Source: a bacterium (GTDB lineage Bacteria > SAR324 > NAC60-12). Taken from it: a DNA stretch of 64,000 nt. This document shows, piece by piece, positions 20,328 through 31,694 of the stretch. Position numbers and translations under genes: made by a program. The DNA is taken from the NCBI GenBank assembly GCA_965205865.1, contig CBDBHR010000030.1, positions 1,088,001-1,152,000 of the forward strand, given 5' to 3'. The notes below the pieces were generated by a model. The model was given only the letters and a program-made list of their open reading frames with translations, was not told the DNA's origin and made no database searches. Each line of letters starts with the position of its first letter. Position 1 is the stretch's first letter.

Positions 20328-21566
20328 TTACTCGAAGACTTCGAATCGGCCATTTTCGACAATCAAGATCTTCGGGGCGTAAACCGCGTCCCCGTTTTCG
20401 TCAAAAGAGAACTTGCCGAAAATTGTGTCGAAATCTCTGATATTCGACAGCGCGTCTCGAATGGCGATTGAATCGGTCGATTGGGCATTGGCTATCGCCT
20501 CCGCCAGGACATGGAGGGTGACATAGGACAGGGCGGCGTAGTTGTTCGGCTCCACGCCGTATTTCTCGCGATAATTGCGCACGAAGGCTTGATTTCCCGG
20601 CGTGTCGGCGGTGCTGAGCCAGACCGTGAAAGTAATCGCGCCTTCGATCGCGGCACCCGTAGCTTCCACGTCCACTCGGGTCAACGTGCGAACTCGCGAA
20701 AATTTCCCGGCGTGTCGGCGGTGCTGAGCCAGACCGTGAAAGTAAATCGCGGGGAACGTGCGAACAAAAAAGGGAACGGATATACCGTGTTGGCGCCCTT
20801 GAATGAGCATGCCCGGTTTGTCCGGAGGTAAAGCGGAGACAAAGACGGCGTCCGGATTCAGGGCTTTTATGCGAGTCAATTGCGCGGAAAAGTCGGTATC
20901 ACCACCCCGGAAGGTTTCCGTGGTCAGCACCTCGACGCCGTTTGCCACCAGCGCTTCTCTCAGCGCCTCGTCGCTATCCGTGGAAAAGTGATCGCTTTCA
21001 TCGTATATGGTGGCCACCCGTTGATAAGCGAGCTTCGCAAGAGTGGCTTCGATGCCGCTCGGAATGAGCACGTCCGTGGTGAGAGCGACGCGAAAAACGA
21101 AATCACCGATCGCGCTGAGGCCGCGGGCCGCAGAGGTCGGGCTGACAGCGACGATCTGATTTTCTTGCGCGATCGGAAAAGTTTCTCTGGTTTCACTCGA
21201 GGTCGCGGGACCGAGGATGACGGATACGCCTTCTTTATGGGTAAGTTTATCGAAGGCTTTCACGGCACCCTCTACCGTGCTCCGGTCATCCTCGGTGATG
21301 AACTCGATTTTTGCATCCCCGGACCATGAGTCGTTGATCTCCTGCCGAGCCAGTTCCAGACCATGTGTCATGGGCCTGCCGAAGGAGGAGGCGAGTCGCC
21401 CTGTCAAAGGCAGGACGACACCGACGGAAATCTCTCCACTCAGGCTTTCCATGCGGGGTTCGTGGGGTTGGAATATTTGCGAAATTCGCGCGCAGGCGGG
21501 AAGCAACGCGAGCAGTGCGACGATCGCCAATACAAAGATGATAGTTTTGATTCTTCTGATGTTCAA
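20328..21566 (-). CDS. Branched-chain amino acid ABC substrate-binding lipoprotein (LivJ/K family) with a 72-bp in-frame insert
   Basis: GVVLPLTG, EDDRS, GPATS, DFSAQLTRIK and FDENGD motifs. Confidence 0.88.
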   Translation of the reverse strand: MNIRRIKTIIFVLAIVALLALLPACARISQIFQPHEPRMESLSGEISVGVVLPLTGRLASSFGRPMTHGLELARQEINDSWSGDAKIEFITEDDRSTVEGAVKAFDKLTHKEGVSVILGPATSSETRETFPIAQENQIVAVSPTSAARGLSAIGDFVFRVALTTDVLIPSGIEATLAKLAYQRVATIYDESDHFSTDSDEALREALVANGVEVLTTETFRGGDTDFSAQLTRIKALNPDAVFVSALPPDKPGMLIQGRQHGISVPFFVRTFPAIYFHGLAQHRRHAGKFSRVRTLTRVDVEATGAAIEGAITFTVWLSTADTPGNQAFVRNYREKYGVEPNNYAALSYVTLHVLAEAIANAQSTDSIAIRDALSNIRDFDTIFGKFSFDENGDAVYAPKILIVENGRFEVFE

Positions 21567-21813
21567 GTTGAAACTCCTTGTTTTTGACCAGCAAATGAAT
21601 TTCTTTCGTCTTCGAAAGACTTTATATCAAAGCAATTTTATTATCAATCATTTTTTAAAAAATTAAAAATTTCATCATTTGCTGCGCTATTTCCAGTTGT
21701 TATCATCGTGTTGCCCGTTTTGCGCGTTGTAACCCTCGCCTCCCAGTGATCCTCAAAACAAACATCCCTCGTAAATTTTCCTTTACACCCATATTTTCAG
21801 ATGTTATTCTCCA

Positions 21814-22629
21814 GTGATATTTAATTCTCTGATGTTGCCGACACCTTCAAGGGAACGGATGTTGAAGTTCTGGATCGCCATTTCGTTGTTGTTATCGACT
21901 GCCTGTCAAACCAACAGCCGCAGCGGTGATGGAATGCCTGCCGATGGACAGCGCAGGCCAGTGGCGGTCCGCCACGTGGAGACCTTCGAGCGCCTGCAAG
22001 GGGAATATCGTGGCACGCGCAAGGGAGATTCTTTCGTCGTATGGTTCTATAATGCATCCACGGTCGAAGAGGGCCAACAGGCGGCTTTGCTGATTTTTCA
22101 CGAGCAGGACCGGTCGCGTTTGGAGAACTTCCTCAAAAAAATCATCGACAACCCGGCTGAATATTACCGCGAGGTTTGCGCAAAGGCGGATCATATCGAA
22201 GACGGTTATCACTTCCCGGACTTTTACAGGGTTTGGAATACGCAGGGAGGGCTGATTTTATTGCAAGACGGTTTGCATGGCAGTCGCTTACCTGCGGATT
22301 GGGAAGAGATAAAAGGTCGGGCTCATTCCAGTCACCTGTACAATGAGGAGTATATTTTTGTACGTCAACGGGAATACGCGATCAAGAAAATCCGTCGTTC
22401 CGCCAAAACCGGGGCATTGGAAAGCGTTCAATTGACCCGTACCGGCTTTATCCAGAATTTTTTCGATAATCCGGTGATCCGCTTGCAGCGAGTGGATGAC
22501 CCACCGTCGACGTTCAGGTTGCTGGGACCTTATCTGGACAGTAAATACAATGCCCAGCAGCAACTGGGGCGGGAGGGTTCTACCTTACCCACTGAGCTTC
22601 CGGAGGTTTGCAAAACGGGTTCACGTTAG
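21814..22629 (+). CDS. Hypothetical lipoprotein
   Basis: Lipobox LSTAC; long ORF; no recognised domain. Confidence 0.65.
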   Translation: MIFNSLMLPTPSRERMLKFWIAISLLLSTACQTNSRSGDGMPADGQRRPVAVRHVETFERLQGEYRGTRKGDSFVVWFYNASTVEEGQQAALLIFHEQDRSRLENFLKKIIDNPAEYYREVCAKADHIEDGYHFPDFYRVWNTQGGLILLQDGLHGSRLPADWEEIKGRAHSSHLYNEEYIFVRQREYAIKKIRRSAKTGALESVQLTRTGFIQNFFDNPVIRLQRVDDPPSTFRLLGPYLDSKYNAQQQLGREGSTLPTELPEVCKTGSR

Positions 22630-22668
22630 AGTGAATGCCCACCCTGACGACCCTTGCAATCGGATGAA

Positions 22669-23320
22669 TCAACGGTTACGAAGCCGCGGGTCCAAAGCGT
22701 CACGAAGCCCGTCACCGATGAAGTTCACGCTGAGCACGGTGAGTGAAATGGCCAGTCCCGGCCACAGTACCCGGGAGGGAGATATGGTGAGAAAGTTGAT
22801 ACCGTTGTACAACAATCGCCTCCAGGTGGGGAAGTCCGAGGGGAAGCCGAGTCCCAGGAAACTGAGAGCCGATTCGGTAATGATGGCGCTTGCCATTCCG
22901 AGGGTTGCCGAGACGATGACCGGGCTCAAGACATTGGGAAAAACGTGGTGAGTGATGACCCGGTGGCGGGGATTGCCGATGCCGTGCGCGGCCAGGATGA
23001 AATCCTGTTCCTTGAGCGCCAGAACGTCTCCCCGGACAATACGCGCGGTTTGCATCCAACTGGTGATGCCGATGACGAACACCACCAAGAGGAAGATCCC
23101 CGTTTCCGGGCCGAATGCGTTACGCAGCGTCTCGCGAAAGAGCATGATGATGACCAACAACAAGGGCAGCAGGGGTAAGGCGAGAAACAAATCGGTGAAT
23201 CGTATCAAAGGTCCATCCAGCAACCGGAAGTAGCCTGCCAGCACGCCAATGAATGCGCCTAAAAACAAGGATAACAACATCGCGGTGAATCCTACCGCCA
23301 GGGAAATGCGCCCCCCTGTT
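22669..23320 (-). pseudogene. OppC/DppC peptide ABC permease, 5'-truncated
   Basis: GRISLAVG...ESALSFLGLG...GDGLRDALDPR; 5' end replaced by IS630 sequence. Confidence 0.85.
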
Positions 23321-23593
23321 TCCAACGGAATTGCCGCTGGTTCCAAGCGTTTTGGCAATCTCTTGATTCTTAAGGCCATCAGCAGCCAACAGAATGATGC
23401 GCGCACGAAGAGTGTCTCGCATCGCTCCGGTATGACGGCGTGCGGTTTTGCTCAATTCATCCCGTTCTTCCTGGGTCAGTTTTATACTTGGTGCTTTCCT
23501 CATGCTGTCTCCATATATGCAAAAAAAAAAGGACAGCTCGTAGTATAGCAAACCAAGGAATTATTTACACATTAATAAAAGGGCGACACACTA
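23320..23593 (-). mobile_element. IS630-family left end and transposase N-terminal HTH remnant
   Basis: Left end TAGTGTGTCGCCC; MRKAPSIKLTQEERDEL...RARIILLAADGLKNQEIA; oppB and the flanking gene ends are missing. Confidence 0.75.
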
Positions 23594-25084
23594 GCGGACG
23601 CGATGCCAGATTGCAGTAGCGCGGGACGTTGCCGCCTTGCCATTGATTGCCGGGATTGGGAATCTGGCTGCATATCCAAGCGCCCATGTAGGGCTCCGGG
23701 TCGATGTTAAGGAAGAGATTGGTGTACATCTGGATGTCGGCATGGAATTTCTGGCAGGTATCGGGGTTTGCCGGATCGCTGCCGAAGAAAACCGAGCCAC
23801 TGATGTTTTTCAGTTCCGTCTCCACGCCGATTTGTTGCCACATTTGCTTGATGAGCGCTTGCGTGTCCTGCCGCACGTTATTGGTCGAGGTCTGGTAGAG
23901 GATGGAGATTCGTACGCCGTCTTTTTCCCGCACGCCATCCGCACCACGCTTCCAGCCCGCCTCGTCCAAGAGCATGTTCGCCTTTTCGACGTCCTGCGTC
24001 TTGCACCAGTCATTTGCGGTGGAGACATAGATGGCAGGAGCCGGTACGACGTTGCAGGTGACCTGCCCGGTACGACCGTAACCCGTATCGACCAGGACCT
24101 GACGATCGATGGCAAGCGAAAGGGCTCGTCGCACGGCGGGGTCACTCAAAAAAGGATGCTTGCCACCTTCCAGGGTGGAACGCATATCACCCAGCTCCGC
24201 ATGCGGGTTGGAAAGATTCACCACCAACTGTTCGACAGCGGTGCCGAATCCGGCGACGATCTTGCCTTTGCTTTGCCTTCCGCTTCCATTTGGGCCATCA
24301 CTTCGGGTTCGATCTGCAGGTTCCAGGCGAAATCGAACTCCCCGGTCTCCTGCACCGAGCGGGCCACAGAAGCCGCGTCTCCTCCTCCTTTCAGCACCAC
24401 GGTGGCAAAATGAGGTTTGCCCGCTTCACGGTAATGCTCATTGGCGGCATAGACAGCGACGTCGTTGGCGCGAAATTCCGTCACTTTGAAAGGGCCGGTA
24501 CCGATGGGGCCGAAGTTTTGCTGCGTATACTCCTGGGCTTTCTCGTCACCCAGACAGTTTTGAAACTGCGCTTTTTGCAGGATGGGTTCACCCGAGCTGA
24601 CAAAGAGTTGGTAGGGAAAGGGCTTGGGGACCGAAAAATTCACTTTGACAGTGAGATCATCGAGCTTCTCTACGGATGAGACGTCGCGGTAACTGGCAGT
24701 GGCGCAACTCTCCATTTGCCTGCAGTATTCCGAGGTGAATACCACGTCATCCGCGCTGAAAGGCGTACCGTCGGACCAGACGATGCCCGCTTTCAACTTC
24801 CAGGTGATCGATTTCAAATCCCCGGCGGGCTCTGGAATCGCTTCTGCCAGCGCCGGAACCATGTTGCCGTTTTCATCAATATTGGCGAGGGGTTCCAGAA
24901 CCAGGGAGGAAGCTTCCGTATCTTTCGACCCGCCGGAAAGATAGGGGTTCAGAATGGAAGGCGCCTGCCAGTAGATGAGTTTGAGTTGACCGTCCGAGCC
25001 ACGTCCTGCGTGAGCGACGGTCGCAAACATCGCGATACCCGCCAGGATTGCGACAAAAGTCTTTTTCATATAATTCGTATACAT
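23594..25084 (-). pseudogene. Peptide ABC substrate-binding protein (family 5), frameshifted and 3'-truncated
   Basis: WQAPSILNPYLSGG, WSDGTPFSADDV and GTGPF motifs; split into two ORFs; cut by IS630. Confidence 0.85.
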
Positions 25085-25218
25085 TGTTTTCTCCTGTCAA
25101 GAGGTTATGGAAAACTAGGGCCGGCATACCCGGCCCCAGACAAGTTTTTCAAGAAAACAGCCTCGATTTCCGTGGAAGAGAAAAAGTTAACCATCGGCAT
25201 TTTTGTGTGAGACAGTGA

Positions 25219-25411
25219 GGGCTTGCTGAAAATTTTTTTGAACAGGTTTAGTCAGAGAATTTACAGTATCCTAAATTGAGCGATCCTAAAAAAGGATCAG
25301 ATTTTCAAGATGATTTTTTTGCCTGAGAAAGGCAATCATTCTGAAATCAGATTTTGATCATCAAATCCATGGATGTTTGAGTGAGAATGAGCATCAAAAT
25401 GCTGTTTTCAG
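25219..25411. mobile_element. Possible MITE / IS-end remnant
   Basis: Starts GGGCTTGCTGAAAA and ends TTTTCAG; AT-rich; abuts a truncated gene. Confidence 0.35.
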
Positions 25412-25968
25412 ATGAAGGGGCCAAAAAGCTTTTGGAGGAGGCGGGCTATCCCAATGGATTCAAGACCATCTTGTACCTCTGGGTTGGGACGGATTTAAAC
25501 TATCCCGAAATAGCTGCCGAATACTGGAAGGCTATTGGCGTTGATGCGGAGTTTAGAATCAATGACCGACCTACTATGATGACTCTGGTAACCGAACGGA
25601 CTTGGGAAGGTATGCAAGGTACGGTGGGTGGCTGGAATAGGGATGCTACTTGGTCAATACGCTGGCGGGGTCACTCGAGCTCCATGTGGAACCTCTCCGG
25701 GATCAAGGACCCTGAGTTGGACGCTCTCATTGAAGCGGCCGAAGCCGCGACCACCCTTGAGGAACAGATGAAGCACGCCAGGCAAGCCGATATGGTCCTG
25801 ATCGAACAGCAGGGGTATGTCTGGGGGCCTCACGCTGCCAAGTTCAACGTGGCCCAGCCGTGGGTCAAAGGGTATAACGGGGAAGTCCAGCTGGGCAGCA
25901 TGGATCGTCTGGTCATCTTCTCCCGCCTCTGGATTGACCAAACGCTGAAGAAAGAGATGGGGTTTTAG
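25411..25968 (+). pseudogene. Family 5 ABC substrate-binding protein, C-terminal remnant
   Basis: EGAKKLLEEAGYPNG...QPWVKGYNGE...RLWIDQ; paralogous to the 3' end of 32151-33992. Confidence 0.8.
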
Positions 25969-26029
25969 ACTCCTCTTCTCAACGGACCCGCTCCCTCCCT
26001 CCCTCCGGTCCAGCGGGTGGGAGGGAAAC

Positions 26030-26290
26030 AGTCATTCTTATCCCAATGTGCGCCTTTGCAGCTCCAATGTCGACGACCCGTTTTATACAGCCAAGTTTGA
26101 AGCCGCCGAAACCGCTGCCACTCTTGAGGAGCAGTACCGGTTAGTTCGGGAGTTGAATCAGTATGGGATTGAGAAGTTCTGGTCGATATACACTCCTGGC
26201 GCTCCACAGTATACCGCGGTCCAACCGTGGATCATCGGCTTTAACGGTGAAAGCTGGATGGGAAACGGTCAAATAATGTCCATCTTTACC
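26030..26290 (+). pseudogene. Second family 5 SBP C-terminal remnant fused to an oppB remnant
   Basis: EAAETAATLEEQ...QPWIIGFNGE. Confidence 0.7.
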
Positions 26291-27246
26291 CACCCTGTTT
26301 ATCTTGAGCATCCTGGTCTTCCTCTCGGTGCGCTTCATCCCCGGCGACGTCGTAGACGTCATAGAGGGCAGGATGGAATACTCCATTGCGGGTGTGGACC
26401 GTGAAGCCGTCGAGCGTAGGCTGGGACTGGACGTGCCCGTCTACGTGCAGTATGGACGGTGGCTCGGAGGGATTTTCCTGCAGGGGAGCCTCGGGGAATC
26501 ACTGATGGGTCAAGAGGTGGTGGAGGAGAGGATAATCGAGAGACTGCCGGTTACCATTGAGCTCGGTGTCCTGGCAATCGCCATCGGGATCCTCATCGCC
26601 CTTCAGGTGGGCGTCTACTCGGCGATTCGCCAGGATACGGCTGCCGATTACGTGGGGTGATCCGTTGCCATCATCGGCTTGTCCACGCCGAACTTCTGGC
26701 TGGGAATCATGGTCATGATCTACCCGGCATCTGGTGGGGGTGGTCGCCACCGCTGGAGCTGGTCTCTTTCGCGGAAGACCCGCTGGGGAATCTGGCGGTG
26801 TTTTTCATCCCCAGCCTGATTCTGGGGACCTACCTCTCGGCAACCACCATGCGTCTGACCCGCGCGATGATGCTGGAGGTCTTAAGGCAGGACTATATCC
26901 GCACCGCCTGGTCCAAGGGTCTGAAGGAGCGGGTGGTTATTGTCCGACACGCGATCAAGAATGCCCACATTCCGATAGTGACGCGTTCAGCTGGGCTTAT
27001 TGGCCGCGCTGCGGCCGCCCAGCCTCTCTGCGGCATGCAGTTGCCGATCGTGGTGGTGGGCGCCGTGATCATGGAGAACATCTTCAACCTGCCGGGGCTC
27101 GGGCGTCTCTTGCTGAGTGCCCTCAATGACCGAGACTACCCATGGTCTCCGGGGTCAACCTCTTTTTCGCCAGCGGGGTGGTGCTGCTCAATCTCCTCAT
27201 CGACCTGATTTATGCCTTCTTAGACCCCAGAGTGCGGTATGAATAG
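26290..27246 (+). pseudogene. OppB/DppB permease pseudogene (several frameshifts, 42-bp insert)
   Basis: Co-linear with the intact copy at 34114-35070. Confidence 0.85.
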
Positions 27247-28171
27247 TCGTTATGCTTCCGGTAAATATAGCTTTGAGATTCGTCTGTCAGAAGAAGTCCC
27301 TGGGGACGGCCTGCGGGATGATCGTCTTGCTCTTGATTCTGGTGGCGATCTTTGCCGATGTGCTGGCTCCCTATGGCTATACGGAAATGCACCTGAGAGA
27401 CCGGCTGCAGGGTGCATCAGCCCGGTATCTGCTCGGTACCGACCAGTTGGGGCGAAACTTCTTGAGCCGCCTGATCTACGGGGCTCGTCTTTCGTTAATT
27501 GTCGGTTTGGCCGCAACCACGCTCAATGTTCTCGTCGCGCTCCTGATCGGCCGCACGTCCGGATTCCTTGGGGGAAAGTGGACCTGGCGGTGCAGCGCTT
27601 TGTGGATGCCTGCATGGCTTTCCCGGGACTGCTGATCTTGTTAACTGTCATGTCCATCGTGGGCTAAGGTCTCCTCCAGATCATTGTGGTCCCGGGCGTA
27701 TCCGGAGGCATCGGTGGCTCCCGAGTCGTCCGCGGCGCCGTGATCGGTGTCAAAGAGAATGACTATTTTCTGGCAGCCCAGGCCGTGGGCACTCCGACCA
27801 GCCGAATCCTGATCCGCCATGTGCTGCCCAATATCATGGCGCCGATCATCATCATCTTCAGCATCAACATCGGAGGCGTCATCATTGCCGAGGCCTCGTT
27901 GAGCTTCCTCGGATTCGGACTGCCCATCAAGATTCCCAGTTGGGGAGGGATGCTCAGCCGGGAAGGGCTTCAGTACATGGAGATGGCCCCACGGCTGGCG
28001 CTCTGGCCTGGCCTCTGCCTGACGATTGTCGTTTACGCTCTCAACATGTTCGGGGACGCCATGCGGGATCTGCTCGATCCGAGGCTGCGAGGCGGTGAGG
28101 GCAGTTACGGCATTGCGGGGAAACCCAAACGAGGCCTCCTGGCCCGACTGCTCTCCCCTTTCGACCGGTAA
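27239..28171 (+). pseudogene. OppC/DppC permease pseudogene
   Basis: Co-linear with the intact copy at 35063-36007; frameshifts and an in-frame TAA near 27665. Confidence 0.85.
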
Positions 28172-28211
28172 ATGCGCAATCTGAAATAATTTTTGTGAAT
28201 GGAGAATAACC

Positions 28212-28987
28212 TCAAGCAACGGCTTCGACCGCCCTCACCTCAGGGCCGACAAAGACAATCACATAGGCTTTCAGGTTGTCCAACCGTTGCAAAGCCTCAC
28301 TTTGTAAATAGCCCTGTAACTGAATCGTGGCTGCTTGGACGGTGGTTTCCAATTGAGCGCTTTCGCTTTTTTTGAGATACTTCAACTCAAAGGCAAACTG
28401 GTAGTTGGGGAAATAGGGAGGACGGTGAAGAAAGAGGACATCGACATACTTCTGTTCAGTCTCTTGTTCACTCCGGATGTAATAGAGATTGGCCAGACTG
28501 GCAAAGGCAACAAACAAGACTTTGACATATTTTTCGTCGAATTGGATAAAGTAAAGAATTCTTTAAGCGCATCAGACGGATTCTCATAACCTGTGTAATC
28601 TTGACTCATCCCATCATAGCGCTTTTCAAAATCTTTGACTCCTATCAGTACATTTTGCTGAAAACCGCTTTGGGTCGTTTCCGGAGTACTGGTCCCGATG
28701 CGGCTGAAATCGAATTTGAGGACATGATAACTATGAGCACGTGAAGTGGGGTGCGCTCCAATATAGTACTTCCCAAAAAGAGAATCAAACTGTTCCTGGT
28801 GCTCCAGGCCATAGTAATAGCGGAGCATGGAGACAAACAACGTCTTGCCAAAACGCCGGGGACGCAGAAAGAAAATGTAGGGCGCCGGTTCGTTTTCCAA
28901 TTGTTCAATATAGCGCGTCTTATCCACATAAAAATACCCATCTTCAATGAGACGGGCAAAGTTGCTGATGCCATAGGGAAGTTTCAT
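28212..28987 (-). pseudogene. AAA-ATPase-like / PD-(D/E)XK protein, internally deleted
   Basis: MKLPYGISNF...YVDKT...RPRRFGKTL N-terminus joined out of frame to YVDVL...FELKY C-terminus. Confidence 0.8.
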
Positions 28988-29131
28988 CCGATTTCTCCAA
29001 AAAGCGCCTGAATATCTCCCAGTTTATCACTGTTTGCCTTTTCTCACAATCATACCCCTGTGAAATGAGTAATGCTCAATTTGATTTTTTGACTGTTCCG
29101 GTAATTTGATTACAAATGGGTGATATTGTCC

Positions 29132-29244
29132 TCACACCGCTTTCTTTGCTTCCACTTCCATTCTCACCATGGCGACATGGACTTTCCCTTCAGCATCTAT
29201 TGGAATCCTTTCAATATATTTAGCAGAGATGGATTCAATAATCT
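29132..29244 (-). pseudogene. C-terminal remnant of a class I SAM methyltransferase-like gene
   Basis: IIESISAKYIERIPIDAEGKVHVAMVRMEVEAKKAV*; cut at the repeat starting at 29245. Confidence 0.4.
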
Positions 29245-29347
29245 GATTTTATCTTTTTTTCGTGCTGCTTGCCCTCCCTCCTCAGACCCTTGAGGTCCCC
29301 TCCAGGCACCGGAAATCCTGCCCAAAACAAGAGAGTGTCGCAGCGCC
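29245..29347. repeat. Dispersed ~100-bp repeat, copy 1 (copy 2 at 48651)
   Basis: GATTTTATCTTTTTTTCGTGC.GCTTGCC.TCC.TCCTCAG...CCCAAA...GAGAG.GTCGCAG.GCC shared with 48651-48751. Confidence 0.8.
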
Positions 29348-29479
29348 ATTTAATGAAATCACGGTTCTGTCCTTATGGCGTCAAGGCAACTCGCATCAAA
29401 AACAATGACATTAAACAGGTTGAAAAGTTGATGAGTGCGATTTTTTTTGCGAATCCCACATTTATTTTACACCAGGGGC

Positions 29480-29507
29480 TTGACATTGCGTTGTTGTTTG
29501 CTACAAC
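29480..29507 (+). promoter_or_regulatory. Sigma70-like promoter, homologous to those in the tandem units
   Basis: TTGACA-16 nt-TACAAC preceded by TTTTGCGAATCCC...CAGGGG, as at 31667 and 31936. Confidence 0.55.
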
Positions 29508-29610
29508 CATACCAATACTAAGTTGTTTGTAACTATTTAGGTTTCTTTAGAGCCCCCCTTCGATTTAAGCACGGAATTTGCATAGCATAAAATTCAGGAT
29601 TTAGGATTTT

Positions 29611-31104
29611 ATGCTCTCGAAATTTCAAAAGTATATTAATTCCATTTCATCGACTTCCCTCCTTGAGGCTCTTCAAGAAGCCTGTCAACTCTTTGAAGAA
29701 GAACGGGACCAATGGAAGAAAGAGCGATTAAAACTCCTCGAACGTCTCGAAATAGAAAATAAGCGTATTGAAGCTCTCGAAACAGAAAATAAGCAACTTC
29801 TGGATCAGCTGGCTCTCAACAGCCAAAACTCAAGTAAACCTCCTTCCACCGATCAAAGTCGAAAGAACAAAAGCTTACGTAAAAGCAGGGGTCGCTCTCG
29901 CGGAGGTCAACCCGGTCATCAAGGCCATCATTTGGCTTTCAGTGAATCACCAGATCATGTGGAGCCTCATTTTGTCAACACCTGTGAAACCTGTGGAGAA
30001 GATTTATCCAAGGTGGCGGTTGAGGCCACGCATAAACGTCAGGTGTTCGATCTCCCCTCTCTGCAATTAGAGGTTACTGAACACCAGGTGGAACAAAAAA
30101 TTTGTCCCTGCTGCCGGCATCTGAATCACTCGAGCTTTCCAGCAGGGATAGAGGCGCCCACTCAATATGGTCCCCGGATCAAAGGCTTAGCGGTTTATCT
30201 CAATCAATATCAGTTTCTGCCCTTTGATCGATGCCAGCAATTCTTTGAGGATCTGTTCGGCCAGCCGCTCAATGCGGCCACGATTTATGCCAGCCTCCGG
30301 CAAGCCGCCCATAGGCTTTATCCCTTCCAACAACAAGTGGCTGAAGCTCTGATTCAAGCGGAGGTGGTTCATTTTGATGAAACCTCCCTCTTTGAAAACA
30401 AACAACGTCGCTGGCTTCATTCAGCCTCTACCGAAGAGCTGACCTTTTATTTTATCCACGACAAACGGGGTCAAGCCGGAATGGATGCTGCCGGTATCCT
30501 GCCTCAGTTTGAAAAGACAGCCATTCATGATCACTGGGAGAGCTACCAGCATTATGAGTGTGATCATGGCTTTTGCAATGCGCATCATTTACGTGAACTC
30601 ACTCGGGCCTATCAACAAGAAAAGGCCTTGTGGGCTCAGGAGATGAGCGACTTACTGGTAGAGATCAAAGAGCAAGTAGACCAAGCCAAGTTCAAAGAAC
30701 AATCTGCTTTGAGTCCAATCCAACTCGATCACTTCCGGCAACGCTATCGTGATATCACCCAAGAAGCCCTTAAGCTCTATCCTCCCCCTCCTCAAACAAA
30801 GAAACGAGGACGCCCCAAACAGAGCAAAGCCAAAAATTTACTCGATCGCTTGATCCTCTATGAAAAGGAAACCTTGTTATTCATGGATGACTTCCGGGTT
30901 CCTTTTGACAACAACCAAGCCGAGCGAGATGTGCGCATGGTTAAACTGAAACAAAAAATCTCCGGCGGCTTTCGAACGGCTGAAGGATCTCAGGCTTTTT
31001 GTATCATCCGGGGAGCCATTTCCACTACCAGAAAACAGGGGAAATCCATCCTCGAGTTGCTCACTCAGGCTTTGCATCCTTCACATGCTCCTCCTTGTTA
31101 CTGA
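29611..31104 (+). CDS. IS66 family transposase (TnpC-like)
   Basis: NSQNSSKPPS, GGQPGHQG, zinc finger, HFDET, CNAHHLREL and DNNQAERDVR motifs. Confidence 0.93.
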   Translation: MLSKFQKYINSISSTSLLEALQEACQLFEEERDQWKKERLKLLERLEIENKRIEALETENKQLLDQLALNSQNSSKPPSTDQSRKNKSLRKSRGRSRGGQPGHQGHHLAFSESPDHVEPHFVNTCETCGEDLSKVAVEATHKRQVFDLPSLQLEVTEHQVEQKICPCCRHLNHSSFPAGIEAPTQYGPRIKGLAVYLNQYQFLPFDRCQQFFEDLFGQPLNAATIYASLRQAAHRLYPFQQQVAEALIQAEVVHFDETSLFENKQRRWLHSASTEELTFYFIHDKRGQAGMDAAGILPQFEKTAIHDHWESYQHYECDHGFCNAHHLRELTRAYQQEKALWAQEMSDLLVEIKEQVDQAKFKEQSALSPIQLDHFRQRYRDITQEALKLYPPPPQTKKRGRPKQSKAKNLLDRLILYEKETLLFMDDFRVPFDNNQAERDVRMVKLKQKISGGFRTAEGSQAFCIIRGAISTTRKQGKSILELLTQALHPSHAPPCY

Positions 31105-31112
31105 AACTCTCC

Positions 31113-31312
31113 TTTTTTTAAACGTTCCGCCCCCTGCGTGGCCAAAAGTATTCATAGCAAACATAGCATCGTCAATGCGATTTTGTATGTCGTGAAAACA
31201 AGTTGTCAGTGGAGCATGCTTGCCCATGATTTACCTCCCTGGCAAAGCGTTTACGATCATTATCGCCGTTGGAAAAAACGATGGATTGTGGAGCGAACAT
31301 TCGCTTTTTGGC
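31113..31312 (+). mobile_element. IS5-family transposase remnant, internally deleted
   Basis: NAILYVVKTSCQWSMLAHDLPPWQSVY joined to KRWIVERTFAFW; similar to 45387-45698. Confidence 0.8.
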
Positions 31313-31666
31313 TCATGCCGAAGATGGACCGCAATATATCTTTTTATAGCTGACCTCCATTGTTGCGCAATTCTCCTGATCCAAACTTGCTATAGGCTTT
31401 GCGCCGCGTAGTAGTGCTGAAATCATGCCTTGTTGTTTCAGGGAAGGAGAGGATTTCCGCTCGTTTGATTCAAAATTAGCTGTGGGAGGGTTCCCGCTTG
31501 ATCGATTGAACAATACCCCGGGAGGATGTGAAAACGATGGATCCTTCCCGGGAATCTTTTTTCAATGTTATTGAACTGAACGGCTTCTGACTGTCCCCGG
31601 ATTTGAGCAGATTTATTGATTTTTTATTTTTTTTTGCGAATCCCGCATTTATTTTATGTCAGGGGG

Positions 31667-31694
31667 TTGACATTGTGTTGTTTTGTGTTATAAT
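31667..31694 (+). promoter_or_regulatory. Sigma70 promoter with extended -10
   Basis: TTGACA-16 nt-TATAAT with TGn. Confidence 0.75.

Noticed and set aside
31486-31560. Guanidine-I (ykkC) riboswitch, suggested by AGGGTTCC and CCCGGGAG
   Set aside because: The distance between the motifs is far too short and the intervening conserved elements are absent; an Rfam scan is still needed to exclude it formally.
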